Shown one piece after another: positions 9,748 through 18,278 of a DNA stretch of 64,000 bases. Position numbers and translations under genes: made by a program. Within the stretch, counting starts at the first letter, position 1, and the number at the start of each line of letters is the position of its first letter. Location of the stretch: assembly GCA_038208905.1 (NCBI GenBank), contig JBBQYG010000001.1:7789-71788 (forward strand). The letters are read 5' to 3'. Source of the stretch: Candidatus Sumerlaeia bacterium (GTDB lineage: Bacteria > Sumerlaeota > Sumerlaeia > SLMS01). The notes under the pieces are model-generated. The model was not told where the DNA came from, did not search any database, and worked only from the letters and a program-made list of their open reading frames with translations.

Positions 9748-9748
9748 C

Positions 9749-10549
9749 CTAGAGCGACCTCCGGCCAAAGATCGCCGCACCCGCCGCCAGCGCCAGCCCC
9801 GTATAGACAACCGCATAGGCCGCGAGTCCCACGAACATCGCGCCATCCAGGGGGCCGATTCCGTCGGTGTATCGCGTCACGGTATCCAGGATCGAAAAGT
9901 TGGGAATGTATGCCGTGATCCACTGGGCGGCCGATGGACCGACGATTGGCGCAGCGCGCGCGCGCGCGAATCCGACCGCGGCATCGCCCACCACAACGAG
10001 CAGGCCCAGCACCACCACGTTGACCGCCTGGGGCGCGACGAGTGAAAACGCCAGCGCCAGCGCCGCCAGCATCGACACCGATAGCACGGCAAGAATCATC
10101 GTTTGGGCCAGCATCATGGCATCGTATTCCTCCATCCGCGGCGCGCCGATCCACGCCAGCGCCATTAACACCGCCAGCGAGGTCGCGCCGATTCCCGCCG
10201 CGGCGAGCCACTTGCCAACCAGATACTCCCCGCGCCCCAGCGGCTTGCCAAGCAGGGGATACAGCGTGCGGTTTTCCATCTCCGTGGGAACTTGGCGCGC
10301 CGCCGTCAGCAGCGTCAGCACCATCGCCGAATAGTAGGCCATCGTCATCCCCAGGTTGAGGAGGAACGTCCCCACGGCCTTGTTCTCGATCCCCACCACC
10401 ATCGTGACGATCATCCCCAGCACATAGACGCCCATGAGGATGAACAGGACATAGAACTCCTGGCGACGGATGGTTTCCAGAAGCACGCCGCGCGCAACCA
10501 GCGAGATAGAGCGCACGGGATTGATGGGGAGGGCGGCCACTGCCTGCAT
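9749..10549 (-). CDS. ABC-2 family transporter permease
   Basis: Six TM segments. Conserved ENRTLYPLLGKPLGRGEYLVGKWL block shared with the upstream paralogue. The start is taken at MQAVAAL by alignment to that paralogue. Start and stop overlap by 1 nt (TGATG). Confidence 0.75.
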   Translation of the reverse strand: MQAVAALPINPVRSISLVARGVLLETIRRQEFYVLFILMGVYVLGMIVTMVVGIENKAVGTFLLNLGMTMAYYSAMVLTLLTAARQVPTEMENRTLYPLLGKPLGRGEYLVGKWLAAAGIGATSLAVLMALAWIGAPRMEEYDAMMLAQTMILAVLSVSMLAALALAFSLVAPQAVNVVVLGLLVVVGDAAVGFARARAAPIVGPSAAQWITAYIPNFSILDTVTRYTDGIGPLDGAMFVGLAAYAVVYTGLALAAGAAIFGRRSL

Positions 10550-11340
10550 CAGAGCGGCCTCCGGCGGAACCAGACCAACGCGAGCGAGAAATAGAGCGCG
10601 GACCAGACAAAGCCATAGGCAAGCACCGCGAGCATCGACCAGGCGGAGAGTGGAGGCCACATCTCCCCCGCGTGGACTGTCTTCTCCGACAGGTCGAAGA
10701 GCGCCAGTTGTGGGATCGCGTAGTTCATCGCCGTCATGCCCATCCTTCCGAACTCATCCGCGAAATCGTACAAGTTGCTGATCACCGAGGAGATCACGGA
10801 ACTGGTGAAGTAGAAGATCGCCCCGATCGTGATCGCAGCGTCCAGGTTCATCAGCATCGACAGCCAGAAGCACAGCGTGGCGACGACGAGCATCCCGGCA
10901 AGCTGAAGCGTAACGTACTGCAAGAAGAGCACCCACGGCACTGGCTGGCCAAGGTACAGCGCCCCCGCCAGATACACCGACATGAACAATCCCAGGCAAA
11001 ACGCGCCCGCCATCATCACGCCCAGCAGTTTGCCCGCGAGGAAAGCCATGCGGCCAACCGGCTTCGCGAGCAGCGGATAGATCGTCCTGTTCTGGAACTC
11101 CCGCGGAAGCTGGCGCGAGGCCAGCACGATCACCGTGAGCGCGGTCGCGATTCCCATCACGCGCAGGGCCACCTCGCGATAGAACTTGTGCAGGTCCTTC
11201 AGATTGAAGAAGTCGATCGACATCACCGCGCCGATCAGCAGCACCGTGACGAGCACGATGGCGTAGATCTCCCGTCGGCGCACTGCCTCGATCAGCACGC
11301 TCCGGGCGATGAGCCAGGGTGACCGCAGAAAACCGGCCAT
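10549..11340 (-). CDS. ABC-2 family transporter permease (paralogue)
   Basis: 263 aa with six TM segments. Contains the QNRTIYPLLAKPVGRMAFLAGKLL block. Overlaps both flanking genes by 1 nt. Confidence 0.75.
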   Translation of the reverse strand: MAGFLRSPWLIARSVLIEAVRRREIYAIVLVTVLLIGAVMSIDFFNLKDLHKFYREVALRVMGIATALTVIVLASRQLPREFQNRTIYPLLAKPVGRMAFLAGKLLGVMMAGAFCLGLFMSVYLAGALYLGQPVPWVLFLQYVTLQLAGMLVVATLCFWLSMLMNLDAAITIGAIFYFTSSVISSVISNLYDFADEFGRMGMTAMNYAIPQLALFDLSEKTVHAGEMWPPLSAWSMLAVLAYGFVWSALYFSLALVWFRRRPL

Positions 11341-11735
11341 CAGCTCCCCGATCCGTGATGTTGCACGTCAGTGACTTCGTGCAGGTAGTCGTGGAGCCTG
11401 CTCATCAACGCGCGGTACTGCGCCGGGGTCAGATCAACCTCGGTGCCGCCCACCCCCAGGTCGATCATCGCATCCTTGGGGACAGACTTTAGGAATCCCT
11501 CGCGAAACACGACGCGGACGCGGTCGCCCTGCATGGTGATGACGACGTCGCTCTCCTCCGTGGGGCCAAACTTGATCGAGTGATCCTCCGCAAGTTCCAG
11601 CAGGATGCCATCTTTCAATGGATCGAAGGGTGCCGGGGTAGCGGCGGGGGTGGCTGGTGCAGGGGGTTTTTCCTCCCGCGATCCGCAGCCCGCAATGGCG
11701 AGAGCGGCGATAAAGAAAACAGTGCGTGGCGACAT
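11340..11735 (-). CDS. lipoprotein of unknown function, first gene of the ABC-2 permease operon
   Basis: 131 aa. Signal peptide with lipobox (FFIAALAIAGCGS). Pro/Ala/Thr linker. His-containing C-terminal tail (VQHHGSGS). Confidence 0.55.
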   Translation of the reverse strand: MSPRTVFFIAALAIAGCGSREEKPPAPATPAATPAPFDPLKDGILLELAEDHSIKFGPTEESDVVITMQGDRVRVVFREGFLKSVPKDAMIDLGVGGTEVDLTPAQYRALMSRLHDYLHEVTDVQHHGSGS

Positions 11736-11833
11736 GAACGGTTACTTCCCAAGGCGTGGAGTCACCGGGATCCCGGCGCGCCTGTGAGGTGGATTGATTG
11801 GCGGATGCCCGCCACCGGCGCAACCCCAAGCAT

Positions 11834-11880
11834 CGAATTGTAGTATTTGGTCACAAATGTATCATTGGTTACAAATTGGC
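11834..11880. promoter_or_regulatory. AT-rich direct-repeat element in the divergent promoter region; candidate metal-repressor operator
   Basis: The only AT-rich stretch in a roughly 220-bp GC-rich intergenic region. It reads gaattgtagtatttggtcacaaatgtatcattggttacaaattgg, i.e. two 12-mers TTGGTCACAAAT / TTGGTTACAAAT 6 nt apart, about 80 nt upstream of the binding-protein gene ATG. Confidence 0.3.
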
Positions 11881-11958
11881 TTGCCATCCCCCCGCCAATG
11901 GCCCCACACACATCGCGTCGCCGGTGGAACGGTGGCAGACTCCACCGAGGCCCGGTCC

Positions 11959-12903
11959 ATGCACTTTCCTCCCGCCCTTCGCGCACTGATCTGCTTCCTC
12001 GCCCTCGCGGCGTTGCTGGGGGCCGCACCGCTCCGCGCGGAGTATGCGGGTGCCTATCCCTTCAAGGCCGTGGCGACCACCGGAATGGTCGGCGACATGG
12101 TCCGCCGGATCGCGGGCGAGCGCGCCACCGTGACCGACCTGATGTCGGCGGGGATCGACCCCCACCTCTACAAGCCCGGCCGCGGCGACCTGATCGCGCT
12201 GAAGGGCGCGGACATCGTCTTCTACAGCGGACTGAAGCTGGAGGGCCAGATGTCGGAAATTCTCGCCGGCCTCTCCACCAGCAAGCCCAGCATCGCCATC
12301 GCCGAGGCGATCCCATCCGCCAGGCTCCTGGGTGACGACCATCATCACGACCCCCATGTTTGGATGGACGCGGCCCTGTGGCTCCTGGCGGCGGAGAAGG
12401 CCCATGCGGGGCTCGTCACCTTCGACCCGAAGGGGAAGACGATCTACGAGGCGAATATGGAAATCCTGAAGAAGGATATGGCGGCCCTCGATACGCGTGC
12501 CCGCGAAGCCATTGCTTCGATCCCCAAGGAGGCCCGCGTGCTCGTCACGGCACACGACGCCTTCAGCTATTTCGGACGCGCCTATGACATCGAAGTGATG
12601 GGCATCCAGGGCATCTCCACCGAGTCCGAGGCGGGCCTGCAAGACATCAACCGCATGGTGGAACTGCTCGTGTCGCGCAAGATTCCCGCGGTCTTTGTGG
12701 AGAGCAGCGTCAGCGAAAAGAACGTCCGCGCCCTCGTCGAAGGCGCCGCCGCCCGCGGCCACAAAGTCGCCATCGGCGGCTCGCTCTTCTCCGACGCCAT
12801 GGGCAAGGCCGGCACGCCGCAGGGCACGTACATCGGCATGATTGATCACAACGTGGAGACGATTGTGAAAGCGTTGAAGGGGAAGGAAGGGAATGGGGAA
12901 TAG
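11959..12903 (+). CDS. Metal (Zn/Mn) ABC transporter substrate-binding protein, cluster A-I (ZnuA/TroA/MntC family)
   Basis: ATG at 11959 follows an in-frame upstream extension. Signal peptide (ALICFLALAALLGAAPLRA). The DPHLYKP and DPHVWMD motifs are typical of the family. His-rich loop GDDHHHDPH as in ZnuA. Confidence 0.85.
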   Translation: MHFPPALRALICFLALAALLGAAPLRAEYAGAYPFKAVATTGMVGDMVRRIAGERATVTDLMSAGIDPHLYKPGRGDLIALKGADIVFYSGLKLEGQMSEILAGLSTSKPSIAIAEAIPSARLLGDDHHHDPHVWMDAALWLLAAEKAHAGLVTFDPKGKTIYEANMEILKKDMAALDTRAREAIASIPKEARVLVTAHDAFSYFGRAYDIEVMGIQGISTESEAGLQDINRMVELLVSRKIPAVFVESSVSEKNVRALVEGAAARGHKVAIGGSLFSDAMGKAGTPQGTYIGMIDHNVETIVKALKGKEGNGE

Positions 12904-13015
12904 GGAGTGGGGAATGGAGTTCCAACCCGCTCCCCTTCGCACTCCCTGTTAGGGATTCCTCGACATTCTCGCCACATCAGTTCCCTATTCCCCATTCCCC
13001 GTTCCCCATTCCCCC
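12887..13015. repeat. Inverted array of heptamer repeats (GGGGAAT)n ... (ATTCCCC)n spanning the stop of the binding-protein gene and the intergenic region
   Basis: Left arm aagggaatggggaatagggagtggggaatgg (about 12887-12916). Right arm tccctattccccattccccgttccccattcccc (about 12982-13015). They are reverse complements built from GGGGAAT units, about 65 nt apart. Confidence 0.6.
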
Positions 13016-13021
13016 TCTCCC

Positions 13022-13834
13022 ATGCCCCTCCCCGGAATCCGCCCCAGCATCCCCGCCACACCCCGCGACGACCACGCGGAGGATGCGCCGTTGTCTATAC
13101 ACGACCTGACAGTGGCGTATCGGCGGAAGCCGGTGCTGTGGGACGTGGACCTGGACCTGCCGGAGAAGCGCCTGATCGCGCTGGTGGGGCCGAATGGCGC
13201 GGGGAAGAGCACGCTGCTGAAGGCCGCGCTGGGGCTGGTGCCCGCCGTGTCGGGCGATGTGAAGGTCTATGGGCGCGACTACAAGGAGCAGCGCAGGCTG
13301 GTGGCCTATGTGCCGCAGCGGGAGTCTGTGGATTGGGACTTCCCCGTGAACGCACTGGATGTTGTGGCGATGGGCCGCTATCGGCGCATCGGATGGCTGA
13401 GGCCCGTGGGTCGCGCGGACCGCGAGGCGGCGATGGTGGCGCTGGGCAAGGTGGGGATGGCGGACTATGCGCAGCGCCAGATCAGCCAGCTTTCCGGGGG
13501 CCAGCAGCAGCGGGTGTTCCTCGCCCGCGCCCTGGCTCAGGAGGCGCGCCTGTACCTGATGGACGAGCCCTTCGCGGGCGTGGATGCCGCGACGGAGAAG
13601 GCTATCGTGGCGCTGCTCGACGACCTGCGCGAGCAGGGAAACACGGTGCTTGTTGTACATCATGATATACAGACCGTGCCCGCGTATTTCGACTATGTGG
13701 TGATGCTGAACATGCGCGTGGTGGCCCATGGTCCCGTTGAGGACGTGTTCACGGAGGAGAATCTGCGCAAGACATACGGCGGCAAGCTGACGCTGCTGAG
13801 CGCCGCCGCCGAGGCGCTGGCGGGCAGGCGATGA
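13022..13834 (+). CDS. Metal ABC transporter ATP-binding protein (ZnuC/TroB family)
   Basis: Walker A GPNGAGKST. ABC signature LSGGQQQRV. Walker B LYLMDEP. H-loop. 4-nt overlap with the downstream permease gene. Confidence 0.9.
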   Translation: MPLPGIRPSIPATPRDDHAEDAPLSIHDLTVAYRRKPVLWDVDLDLPEKRLIALVGPNGAGKSTLLKAALGLVPAVSGDVKVYGRDYKEQRRLVAYVPQRESVDWDFPVNALDVVAMGRYRRIGWLRPVGRADREAAMVALGKVGMADYAQRQISQLSGGQQQRVFLARALAQEARLYLMDEPFAGVDAATEKAIVALLDDLREQGNTVLVVHHDIQTVPAYFDYVVMLNMRVVAHGPVEDVFTEENLRKTYGGKLTLLSAAAEALAGRR

Positions 13835-15201
13835 TTTCGAGCCTGGCCGCCGCCAGCCACGCGGAAATCGTTCCTCCGATGGAGGCGCTGTGGCGGGTGC
13901 TGTCGCTGCAGGACTACAATACGCGGGTCGTCGTGATTGGCACAACGCTGCTGGGCCTCGCATCGGGGCTGGCGGGGGTGTTCCTGCTGCTGAGGAAGCG
14001 CTCGCTCCTAAGCGACGTGGTCAGTCACTCCGCCCTTCCCGGAATTGGCATCGCGTTCATCGCGATGACGATGATGGGCGGCGGCGGCAAGAACACCCTT
14101 GGCCTGCTGCTTGGCGCCACGGCGACCGCGCTGCTGGGCATTGTCGCGGTCGGCGCCATCCGTCGGTTCACGCGCCTGAAGGACGATGCGGCGCTGGCGA
14201 TCGTGCTGGGGACGTTCTTCTCCGCGGGGATCGCGCTGACCGGCGTGGCGGCGCGCATGCCTGGCGCGGGAGCGTCGGGGCTGGAGAGCTGGATCTACGG
14301 CAAGACCGCGTCGATGCTCTTCTCCGACGCGCTGCTGATCGGAATCACCGGCCTGCTGGTGACGCTGGGGACGGTGCTGCTCTTCAAGGAGCTGGCGCTG
14401 CTATGCTTCGACGAGGACTTCGCCGCGACGCAGGGTTGGCCCGTGGGGCTGCTGGACATGTTGCTGATGGGCGCGACGGTGGCCGTCACGGTGATCGGCT
14501 TGCAGGCGGTGGGGCTGATCCTGGTGGTGGCGCTCCTGATCATACCGCCGGCGGCGGCGCGGCTGTGGACGCATCGGCTGCGCCCGCTTGCCGCGATCTC
14601 GGCGGTGATCGGCGGGCTCGCCTGCCTGGTGGGGAGCGCCCTCAGCGCGCTGATGGAGAATCTCCCCGCGGGCGCGATCATCGTGCTCTCCGCGGCGGCG
14701 CTGTTCTGCGTCAGCCTCGTCTTCGGCACAGAGGGCGGGATGCTCCACCGAGGCCTCGGCGCGTGGACGCTGCGCAAGCGCGTCGGTCGCCAGCATCTGC
14801 TCCGCGCGCTGGCGGAGCTTGCAGAGCAATCCGGCAAGGACGTCGCCTCCTTCTCCACGATCCGTCACCGGCGATCGTGGCACACCGCGACGGTGCGGGG
14901 ACTCCTCGCAAGCGCCATGAAGGATGGGCTGGTGGAGCGCGTGGATGCGCGCCATTGGCGCCTGACGGAATCCGGAGTGGCGGAAGCCCGCCGCGTTGTC
15001 CGCAATCACCGCCTCTGGGAATTGTTCCTGATCACCCACGCCGACATCGCGCCCTCCCACGTGGATCGCGACGCCGACATGATCGAGCACATCCTGGACG
15101 AGCGAATGATCGCGCAGCTTGAGGGATTGATGGCCGGGGAGAATCGCGGCCACGTGCCGCCGAGCCCGCACGCATTGCGTCCGGCGGAGGGCACGGCCTG
15201 A
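13831..15201 (+). CDS. Metal ABC transporter permease (ABC-3/ZnuB-TroC family) fused to a C-terminal DtxR-family metal-dependent repressor domain (YtgC-YtgR-like)
   Basis: 456 aa. The N-terminal roughly 300 aa are a typical ABC-3 permease with 8-9 TM segments. The C-terminal roughly 140 aa read LLRALAELAEQSGKDVASFSTIRHRRSWHTATVRGLLASAMKDGLVERVDARHWRLTESGVAEARRVVRNHRLWELFLITHADIAPSHVDRDADMIEHIL. This matches a DtxR/MntR winged-HTH plus the RRHRLxExFL dimerisation region. Confidence 0.85.
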   Translation: MISSLAAASHAEIVPPMEALWRVLSLQDYNTRVVVIGTTLLGLASGLAGVFLLLRKRSLLSDVVSHSALPGIGIAFIAMTMMGGGGKNTLGLLLGATATALLGIVAVGAIRRFTRLKDDAALAIVLGTFFSAGIALTGVAARMPGAGASGLESWIYGKTASMLFSDALLIGITGLLVTLGTVLLFKELALLCFDEDFAATQGWPVGLLDMLLMGATVAVTVIGLQAVGLILVVALLIIPPAAARLWTHRLRPLAAISAVIGGLACLVGSALSALMENLPAGAIIVLSAAALFCVSLVFGTEGGMLHRGLGAWTLRKRVGRQHLLRALAELAEQSGKDVASFSTIRHRRSWHTATVRGLLASAMKDGLVERVDARHWRLTESGVAEARRVVRNHRLWELFLITHADIAPSHVDRDADMIEHILDERMIAQLEGLMAGENRGHVPPSPHALRPAEGTA

Positions 15202-16505
15202 TGTGGACGACCTTCGACACCGCGATCGTGGCCACGGGCGCCATCGCGGCGATGTCCTGCGCGCTGCCGGGATGCTTCCTTCTGCTGAGGCGCAGCAGCA
15301 TGATGGGCGACGCGATCAGCCACACGGTGCTGCCGGGAATTGCGGCGGCATACCTGCTGACGGGATCGCGGGACAGCCTGCCGATGTTCGTCGGCGCCAT
15401 CGTGGTGGGCGTCCTGACGGCGTTGCTGATTCAGGCGGTGCAGCGCGGCGGCCAGGTGGAGGAAGGCGCCGCGATGGGCGTGGTGTTCACGTCGCTCTTT
15501 GCCCTCGGCCTCGTGATGATCCGTCGCGCGGCGGACCATGTGGACCTCGACCCGAGCTGCGTCCTCTATGGCGCGCTGGAACTGGCGCCGCTGGATACCG
15601 TCTCCGTCGGCGGCTGGGACATTCCCCGCGCAGCAATTTCGAGCGGCGCGCTCCTGCTGATCAACGCGGTCTTCATCGGCATCTTCTACAAGGAGCTGAA
15701 GCTCTGTGCGTTCGACCCGGGCTATGCGCGGACACAGGGCATTCGCGTCGGCGCGCTGAATCTGGCGCTGATGACGCTGATCGCCGCGACCACCGTGGCC
15801 GCGTTCGAGAGCGTCGGCAGCATCCTGGTGATCGCGATGCTCATCGTGCCCGCCGCCACCGCCTACCTGATGACGGATCGGCTGCCGATCATGCTGGTGG
15901 GGAGTCTCGTCTTCGGCGCGCTCTCCGCCGCGCTCGGCCACGGCATGGTGGTGTGGATGGTCGATGGATTGGGACTGCCCGACACCAGCTCCGCGGGGAT
16001 GACCGGCGTGGCGGCGGGGATCCTCTTCGTCGCGATGGCGCTGGGTTCCCCGAAGTATGGTATCCTGATGCGCGCGGCCCGTTCGCTCCAGCTCGCCCTC
16101 GGCATCGCGCGCGACGATGTGCTCGCCTACCTGTACCGCCACGGCGAACTTGATCCACTGGGCACCCGCCCGCGCCCCACGGCAAGCAACCTCCGCGAGG
16201 CCATCCGTGCCCGCGTCGCGGTCAGCGCGGCGATCTGGCAACTGAGGAATCGGCGCCTGCTGGCGGCGGAGGGCGGCGGAATCGCCCTCACCCCCGCTGG
16301 CCGCGACACGGCCCGGGGCCTTGTCCGGTCGCATCGGCTGTGGGAGACGTATCTGGTGGAGAAATTGGGGCTCCGACCCGATCACGTGCATTCCACGGCG
16401 GAAGTTCTGGAGCACATCACCGACCGCACCATGCGCGAAAGCCTGAGCCGCGAGACCGGCGACGCCCCCCGGGACCCCCACCGCTCCAGCATCCCCCCAG
16501 AGTGA
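15201..16505 (+). CDS. Second metal ABC transporter permease fused to a C-terminal DtxR-family domain
   Basis: 434 aa. Permease core followed by ...SNLREAIRARVAVSAAIWQLRNRRLLAAEGGGIALTPAGRDTARGLVRSHRLWETYLVEKLGLRPDHVHSTAEVLEHITD, which is DtxR-like. ATG overlaps the upstream TGA (TGATG). Confidence 0.85.
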   Translation: MWTTFDTAIVATGAIAAMSCALPGCFLLLRRSSMMGDAISHTVLPGIAAAYLLTGSRDSLPMFVGAIVVGVLTALLIQAVQRGGQVEEGAAMGVVFTSLFALGLVMIRRAADHVDLDPSCVLYGALELAPLDTVSVGGWDIPRAAISSGALLLINAVFIGIFYKELKLCAFDPGYARTQGIRVGALNLALMTLIAATTVAAFESVGSILVIAMLIVPAATAYLMTDRLPIMLVGSLVFGALSAALGHGMVVWMVDGLGLPDTSSAGMTGVAAGILFVAMALGSPKYGILMRAARSLQLALGIARDDVLAYLYRHGELDPLGTRPRPTASNLREAIRARVAVSAAIWQLRNRRLLAAEGGGIALTPAGRDTARGLVRSHRLWETYLVEKLGLRPDHVHSTAEVLEHITDRTMRESLSRETGDAPRDPHRSSIPPE

Positions 16506-16587
16506 CCCCCCGCAATCGTTGCTGACACGCGGGCGGGCGTCGGCCTACACTTTCCACCAGATTACCCGCGAAGGAGCCGCGCAGCCC

Positions 16588-16809
16588 ATGTTACTCTTAT
16601 CGGCAGGCCTATTCCCCGGGTTCTGGGAAATGATGATAGTCCTCGCGGTGGTCCTGCTTATCTTCGGGCCGCGCAACCTCCCCAAGCTGGGCGCCATGAT
16701 CGGCAAGACCATTGGCTCCTTCCGCGACGCCGCTACCAAGGGCGTGGACGAGGACGAGGAAACCCCGAAAGCGCCCGCATCAATCGACAGTCGCAAGGAA
16801 CCGAGGTAA
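16588..16809 (+). CDS. tatA: Twin-arginine translocase subunit TatA/E
   Basis: 73 aa from the ATG at 16588, with AAGGAG 12 nt upstream. Sequence MLLLSAGLFPGFWEMMIVLAVVLLIFGPRNLPKLGAMIGKTIGSFRDA carries the canonical TatA TM, hinge and amphipathic-helix signature. Confidence 0.85.
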   Translation: MLLLSAGLFPGFWEMMIVLAVVLLIFGPRNLPKLGAMIGKTIGSFRDAATKGVDEDEETPKAPASIDSRKEPR

Positions 16810-16835
16810 GAAGGAAGTAAGGGACTGCAGGGGCC

Positions 16836-16885
16836 GAGGGAACGAAAAGCTGGAGTTCCCCTTTCCCTGCCTCCCCCTGCTTTTT
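16836..16885. terminator. Candidate bidirectional terminator between convergent tatA and pilT
   Basis: Hairpin gggaac gaaaagctgga gttccc followed by a T/C-rich run (ctttccctgcctccccctgctttttcc). Confidence 0.35.
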
Positions 16886-16902
16886 CCTGCCTCTCCCCCC
16901 CC

Positions 16903-17997
16903 CTAAACCACCGGATCTTCCGCCTCGTTCGTGTGGGCCATCATCTTGACGCGAAGTTCGTCGGGATAGGTGGCGCGCTCGAGGGCGACATCTCCGTTGA
17001 CCTGACCGGCCTTGTAGAGGCGGAACAGGAAATCGTCCATGGTCATCATGCCCATCTTGGCGGAGATCTGGATCTGGGAGAAGAGGCGGTTGGTCTTGTG
17101 CTCGCGGATGAGCGAGGCGACGGCGGGGACGTTGTGGAGGATCTCGTAGGCGGCGCGGCGGCCCTTGCCGGACGCGTGGGGGACGAGCGTTTGGGCGATG
17201 ATCGTCTTGAGCGCCACGGAGAGCACCGCGCGCACCTGTTCCTGTTGGTTGGCTGGGAAGGCGTCGATCATGCGGTCAACGGTGGAGGATGCGTCGATGG
17301 TGTGCAGCGTTCCGAACACCAAGTGGCCTGTTTCCGCGGCGTGGAGGCCGGCTTCCATCGTTTCCAAATCTCGCATTTCACCCACCAGAATCACGTCGGG
17401 GTCCTGACGCAGCGCGCCGCGGAGCGCGTAGGAGAAGCTGGGCGTGTCCACGTGGATTTCGCGATGGGTGACGATGGCCTTCTTGTGGGGGTGGATGTAC
17501 TCGATCGGGTCCTCGATGGTGATGATGTGGACGTAGCGGTTCACGTTGATGTAGTCGATCAGCGTCGCCAGCGTGGTCGTCTTGCCGGAGCCGGTGGGGC
17601 CGGTGATAATGCAGAGACCGCGGTGGGCGTGGAGCACGTTGATGATCGATTCCTTGGGAAGGCCAAGGACCTCGAACGGCAGCAGCCGCGAGGGAATGAG
17701 TCGCATGACGATGCTGATGTTGCCGCGCGCGCGGAACACGGCCACGCGGAAACGGGCCTGGTCGGAGTAGGAGTAGGCGAAGTCGGCGGAGCCGTGCTCC
17801 TGAAGCATCTGCTGATAGCGCGGCGGCGTGATTTCGCGCATCAGGCGCTCGGAATCGTCGGGCGTCAGGATGTCGGGATCGACCACGTCCAAGGTGCCGC
17901 CAAGCCGCATGACGGCGGCCTTGCCGACGGAGATGTGAAGGTCGGAGCCATCGCGCTCGACGATGATCTTCAGCATCTCGTTGATGTCCATTGCCAT
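16903..17997 (-). CDS. pilT: Type IV pilus retraction ATPase PilT
   Basis: Start taken at MAMDINEML... (ATG 17995-17997). Walker A GPTGSGKTTT. Asp box. Walker B. His box (ETGHLVFGTLHT). The long ORF-track N-terminal extension is non-coding-like. Confidence 0.9.
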   Translation of the reverse strand: MAMDINEMLKIIVERDGSDLHISVGKAAVMRLGGTLDVVDPDILTPDDSERLMREITPPRYQQMLQEHGSADFAYSYSDQARFRVAVFRARGNISIVMRLIPSRLLPFEVLGLPKESIINVLHAHRGLCIITGPTGSGKTTTLATLIDYINVNRYVHIITIEDPIEYIHPHKKAIVTHREIHVDTPSFSYALRGALRQDPDVILVGEMRDLETMEAGLHAAETGHLVFGTLHTIDASSTVDRMIDAFPANQQEQVRAVLSVALKTIIAQTLVPHASGKGRRAAYEILHNVPAVASLIREHKTNRLFSQIQISAKMGMMTMDDFLFRLYKAGQVNGDVALERATYPDELRVKMMAHTNEAEDPVV

Positions 17998-18278
17998 GGG
18001 TGAAGCGGCTCCTTGGCGGCGGATGCGCCGCGCGGACGGTTGGTTGGGCGTGCCCAATGGCCAGAGGATGGAACGCCCGCTCGAGGCTGTCAATGCGAGG
18101 TGTGGGTTGGGGGATGGGGCATCCACCAGCGATTTGGGATCACTGGAAAGTGTCGAGTTATCCAGGTCACCATGGTCATTAAGGTCATATAAGCGTCGTC
18201 CCGCGCCATCCTCGCGCTTGCCCACCCGCCCACCGACTCCCACGCTTTCTCCGACAGTCAATCCCCGGAGGAACCCTC

